A DNA stretch of 63,990 nucleotides, the filler included, from Blastocystis sp. subtype 4 (Eukaryota), in the NCBI RefSeq assembly GCF_000743755.1. It is 8 parts of 8 records of this genome, joined end to end, with 100 filler letters (N's around TTAATTAATTAA, not from the genome) between each part and the next. Parts side by side here need not be neighbours in the genome. Positions count along the whole stretch, not along the records: positions 59,008 to 63,990 come from NW_014569068.1; 7 more parts are not named here. One strand, written 5' to 3'. The notes beneath the pieces are model-generated. The model worked only from the letters and a program-made list of their open reading frames with translations. It ran no database searches and was not told the origin of the DNA. Position 1 is the first letter of the stretch. Each line of letters opens with the position of its first letter. Of this stretch, positions 59,891-63,990 are shown piece by piece. Position numbers and translations under genes: made by a program.

Positions 59891-60367
59891 ATGAGTTTTA
59901 TTTTCCGTGATCCGTTCTTTGATGGTTTTGATGACTATTTCGTACAGAGTCCTTTCTGTTCCAGAAAGTGGCTTGCTGAAGACGATGAAGAAGAGAATGA
60001 GTTGAAGCCTCGTCGTGACCTTATCACTCCTCTGAGTGGTTTTGGTCGAATGGATGTGAACGAGAACGAGAAGAGTTATGAGATTCGTGTTGATGTTCCT
60101 GGAATGGACAAGAGTGAGTTGAAGATGAGTGTGGAGAATCACTGTTTGGTGATTGAAGGAGAACGTAAGGAAGAGAAGGAGGAAGAGGACAAGACATTGA
60201 AGTGTCATTTCAGTGAACGTCATTTTGGTCAGTTCCATCGTGAAGTTTCTCTTCCTACAAATGCTGATGTGGATAATGTGGTTGCTGTATATGAGAATGG
60301 AGTATTGAAAGTGTCTATTCCTAAGAAGGAGACTACTCCTGCCAAGAAACAGATTACTGTAAACTAA
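59891..60367 (+). CDS. Small heat-shock protein (HSP20/alpha-crystallin)
   Basis: MDVNENEKSY..DVPGM..LVIEGER..ERHFGQFHREVSLP..YENGVLKVSIPK; C-terminal I-x-V motif. Confidence 0.96.
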   Translation: MSFIFRDPFFDGFDDYFVQSPFCSRKWLAEDDEEENELKPRRDLITPLSGFGRMDVNENEKSYEIRVDVPGMDKSELKMSVENHCLVIEGERKEEKEEEDKTLKCHFSERHFGQFHREVSLPTNADVDNVVAVYENGVLKVSIPKKETTPAKKQITVN

Positions 60368-60650
60368 GTGTTTTAGTCTTATTGTTTGTTATAATAAGAT
60401 AGTATTAATACGCATTTCATTAATAAAGGAAGTGTTGCTAGATGAACTCAAAAATACTTCATTGAAGTCTCTTCTAAATCGTAATAGCACATGTAATATG
60501 ATTCCAGTTTTCACTACTGAGAGCCATAGAAAGAGTGTTAATCACAATTGTGAATTATTCTCCTCTTATTAGTGTTTATTATCATTCACTATTTCCATAC
60601 TGATTACACCACTTGAACCCTTATTAGTTAATCTAAGACAATTATTTCAA

Positions 60651-60732
60651 GTCAGTTTGGCCGAGCGGTTAAGGCGTCAGACTTGAAATCTGATGGGTGT
60701 TACCCGCGCAGGTTCAAGTCCTGCAGCTGACG
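60651..60732 (+). tRNA. tRNA-Ser(TGA)
   Basis: GTCAGTT/AGCTGAC acceptor stem, TCAGA-CTTGAAA-TCTGA anticodon arm, long variable arm, G discriminator, T-run terminator. Confidence 0.93.
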
Positions 60733-60753
60733 TTTTTCTTTTTCACAAACAGA

Positions 60754-62117
60754 TTAATACCAAAGGAATCTGGACATTAACGATCCATTAGAGTGAATCC
60801 ATTCTTCTCCTTTCTCTACAGCACTCCGGCAAATTGGACATGTAGATTCCGTTTCCAACCATTGTGAAATACATTCTTCACAGAATACGTGTTTACATTC
60901 CAGTCGAACAGGGTGATCCAATGTTTCCATACAGACAGGACATGTATCGTCTTGTAATGACTCCAATGGAACAGACTCGCCACAAAGCTACAAATTGTGA
61001 CTACAAATATTCCATACCGATGTTGTTGACATGGCAGTAATCATTGTGAAGAGGCGAGTGAATTCTAATCGCACTAGGCCAAACTATCCATGAGGAATTA
61101 AATACTATAGTACTTTGTACACAACATAAGTAAATACCATCGGAAAACGGAGAATAGAGAGTGGAATGGACTATATATAACCATTTGTATGAAATAGAAC
61201 TTGAAAATAGTACATCCAGAATGGAATATTAACTAGGAGACGTGTGACATACGAACAGTCTTCCAAGATAGCGTACAGCTTTCGTTTTCGTGTGTTAGCA
61301 AGCCACATATGTTTCTTAGGCGAAGGGAACAACATAACAAGCATTTTGAGAAGAAGGCATAAGCACTGAATTTCAGGATCCAGAATTGATATGCAGAATA
61401 AGATATTCTTAATTGAAGTATCTCTAAAGGGAAGTGGTGCGAACACTTTTCCAAATTGGTCCTCTACTCCAAATAAGAGGAACGGAATTGCCATTCCAAT
61501 ACTAATGAAAACCATTCTTTGAAGTACTACACCGATCTTATATTCATTCTAAAATTAAATAATCCATTGTTGCCTACTCGTAATGCTACCTGCTGTCGAA
61601 AAGAAGAATAGGATGAAGTGAGTACAAAATTCAAAAATAGACACAGTAGCAGCCCTAAATGTGAATCAGAGAGTCAAAAATTACAAGGAAGATTGTTCAC
61701 CATCAGAGAAACAACTAGTAAAAGAAGGATAGGAATACATTCAAGGACCAATCTGAGCCACTCCACAGCTACAACTAAAAGAAAGGATTCAAATCTACCT
61801 GCTAATGAGATGGTATCATCATTAAAAAGCATTCGTATTTGTCGTTCCATCAACATAGGATCATTTAACCGAAGCTGCCTTCCATTCCCATTAGTATTAT
61901 CTGCACTCGGATCCGAACTCAATATTTGATGCAACTGATCCATTAGCCTTCCCATCTCGGGATCATTTTCGAGATTACCCCTTGATCGCCTTCGAGAATG
62001 AATACGTATTGTAATAGAAGATAGAAGCGGTTCCAGTTCATCTGTATTATCTGTTTGGGATTCCCGTACACCAGTTTCTATATCACGTATCGATGGAGAA
62101 GGAGAGGGATTTGACAT
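60754..62117 (-). CDS. Multi-TM C-terminal RING-HC E3 ligase (RNFT1-like)
   Basis: Several TM exons; CPVCMETLDHPVRLECKHVFCEECISQWLETESTCPICR..NGS. Confidence 0.8.
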
Positions 62118-62225
62118 GAATGCTAACTAAACATGAATTGCATTTTCACAGTATCCCACAAAGACTAAGAATCAATGACGAAGAATGAAGTTTGACTTCA
62201 ACAAACACACTCATATACAATTCAT

Positions 62226-63734
62226 TTAATGCTGTTGTTTCTTGTACTCAAGCATCATGTGATTATCAGGCTGAAGACCAATACAAGCTCTGAAGATGTT
62301 GATGATGCATTCTCTCTGCTTGGAGAGAGCATTCACAACAGGAGTACCTCTGGGCACTTCAGGAGCCTTCAGAAGATAACTCAGGATCGAGAGAACAGAG
62401 TTGAATCTCTCAAATCCCTTGCTTCCCTCATAAGACATGGTAATACGCTCACACATCTCAGAGAGGATCACCAAATCAATCATCAGAGGAGCAGCCAACA
62501 ATGAATCTTCACAAGTATTGTGCATTGAAATGGTGTTCAGACCTCCATTAAAGATCTCTGAAGTGTACTCATCCAAAGCACGCTTGCTGTCTCCCACAAA
62601 GGGAATATACTTGATTACAATCAAATGATCAGGATGAGAGTGATTCGGATATAGAATACCATTGGAAGCAACCATATCATCAACCACTCCAGACTTCGAG
62701 ATCTCCTTAGAACGGAATTGCTGAGGAGAAGACAGATTCTTTCCATCGTTGTTACCCAGATGATTGTAAGAGGCAATGGAAGCAGGCTTGATACCAGCAC
62801 TCACCAAATAGTCCACCAACACTGACTTGATCTTTGTCTGACCACTCTTGAAGTCATCTCCAGCAATGAAAGTGCCATGAGACTCAGCCAACTCAAACAC
62901 ACCAGGCACAAAGGTATTCTGAGGAGAACCATTGATATAAGTGTTACCCTCCAGAATAGCAGCCACAGCAAAGATCGTCGAAGGAGCAACTTCACTCTCA
63001 CTGTTCTTGATAGCCTTCAACAGGTTCTCAGCAGTATCGTTAATACCAGGAATGATGGATGAGTAACGCTCAGTATTGGCAGTCCACAGAACAATAACCT
63101 TGTCCAGATGATTCTCTTCCTTAAAACGACGCATATCAGCACGAATGTGATCCAGATGAGCCTGTTTGTCAGTTCCAGGAATCACATTATCAGCTCGATC
63201 AGACTGATTAGCAGCAATGTAGTCAGGATAGTAAATAGACGGAAGAGGATGCATATCCTTCAGATAGGGATACATAACCTGCTGGAAGTCATAGTCATAG
63301 ACAGCAGCACGCTTCATAGCATCACCAATGTTCAAAGAACTAATATCCCATCCTCCAATCACAAGGTCATTTGGGTCCACAAGAGGAAGCAGTCTCTTGA
63401 AAGGAACATAAAGATCACCTCCAGGAACAGTTCCCACCTTCACTGTCGAACTCTGAGAAATCGAACCATAGTAGTTAGGGTGTTGTACGCCCTTCTTCGT
63501 ATTCCACGTGATATTGTGCTTGTTAGCCAGAATACCAGCAGTAACAGTAGTACCGTTATTGCCTCCCCAGCCAATCAACATCATACCCACCTTAGGAATA
63601 CGTCGATCGGTCTTAAACACATACTTCTCGTCCTGTGGAGTAATCACCACCTTTCCTTCCTCCATCTTNGTATAGGTGACATTAGGAGCATTAACAATAA
63701 TAGGAGAATCAATATACTGATAAGCAGAATTCAT
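62226..63734 (-). CDS. INO1: myo-inositol-1-phosphate synthase
   Basis: [37 protein letters not shown]. Confidence 0.97.
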   Translation of the reverse strand: MNSAYQYIDSPIIVNAPNVTYXKMEEGKVVITPQDEKYVFKTDRRIPKVGMMLIGWGGNNGTTVTAGILANKHNITWNTKKGVQHPNYYGSISQSSTVKVGTVPGGDLYVPFKRLLPLVDPNDLVIGGWDISSLNIGDAMKRAAVYDYDFQQVMYPYLKDMHPLPSIYYPDYIAANQSDRADNVIPGTDKQAHLDHIRADMRRFKEENHLDKVIVLWTANTERYSSIIPGINDTAENLLKAIKNSESEVAPSTIFAVAAILEGNTYINGSPQNTFVPGVFELAESHGTFIAGDDFKSGQTKIKSVLVDYLVSAGIKPASIASYNHLGNNDGKNLSSPQQFRSKEISKSGVVDDMVASNGILYPNHSHPDHLIVIKYIPFVGDSKRALDEYTSEIFNGGLNTISMHNTCEDSLLAAPLMIDLVILSEMCERITMSYEGSKGFERFNSVLSILSYLLKAPEVPRGTPVVNALSKQRECIINIFRACIGLQPDNHMMLEYKKQQH

Positions 63735-63990
63735 TACAAATCGTGGTTTTGGCAGCCTGTCTCAAAAAGATGTCCGTGTGCGAATTTTGTTCTCCTTCTA
63801 AGAGGCGAAGAGAAATTTAGCATACACTAAATATGAAAGAACAATCCTCCGCACACGTTTCTTCATTTCCACAATTATCCCATATTCATGAAAGTACCCT
63901 AATAATTGACATGATCCGACCCTAATTCCTATTGTGCGTCAAATTCATTGGATAATTGATTCGTTTCACCAATCAAAGTGTGATATACGG

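Noticed and set aside
63660..63680. Apparent ~15-aa deletion near the INO1 N-terminus
   Set aside because: Coincides with a single N at 63669 and is most likely a collapsed assembly gap.

Overview
Compact, intron-dense eukaryotic nuclear DNA, most consistent with the gut stramenopile Blastocystis. The evidence is ~30-nt GT-AG introns throughout, very short intergenic spaces, and a TGTTTGTT motif after most 3' ends. The window is not one locus: seven 100-nt N spacers carrying TTAATTAATTAA join eight contigs, mostly ~8 kb, so synteny across spacers is meaningless. It holds about 40 mostly housekeeping protein genes (many missed or fragmented in the ORF track because of introns) and two tRNA genes. 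Main highlights: (1) nine genes whose stop codon appears to be completed by poly(A) addition (in-frame T exactly 5 nt before the motif), a mechanism already described in Blastocystis; four more genes have their genomic stop in the same register. (2) A 40-nt AT-AC minor-spliceosome intron in RPN6. (3) An intronless 2189-aa surface protein with 20 He_PIG-type Ig repeats showing patchwork sequence exchange. (4) An uncharacterised membrane-anchored beta-rich protein with a phage-structural-like C-terminus. Gene identities come from recognised motifs, not database searches, and multi-exon coordinates are manual gene spans.
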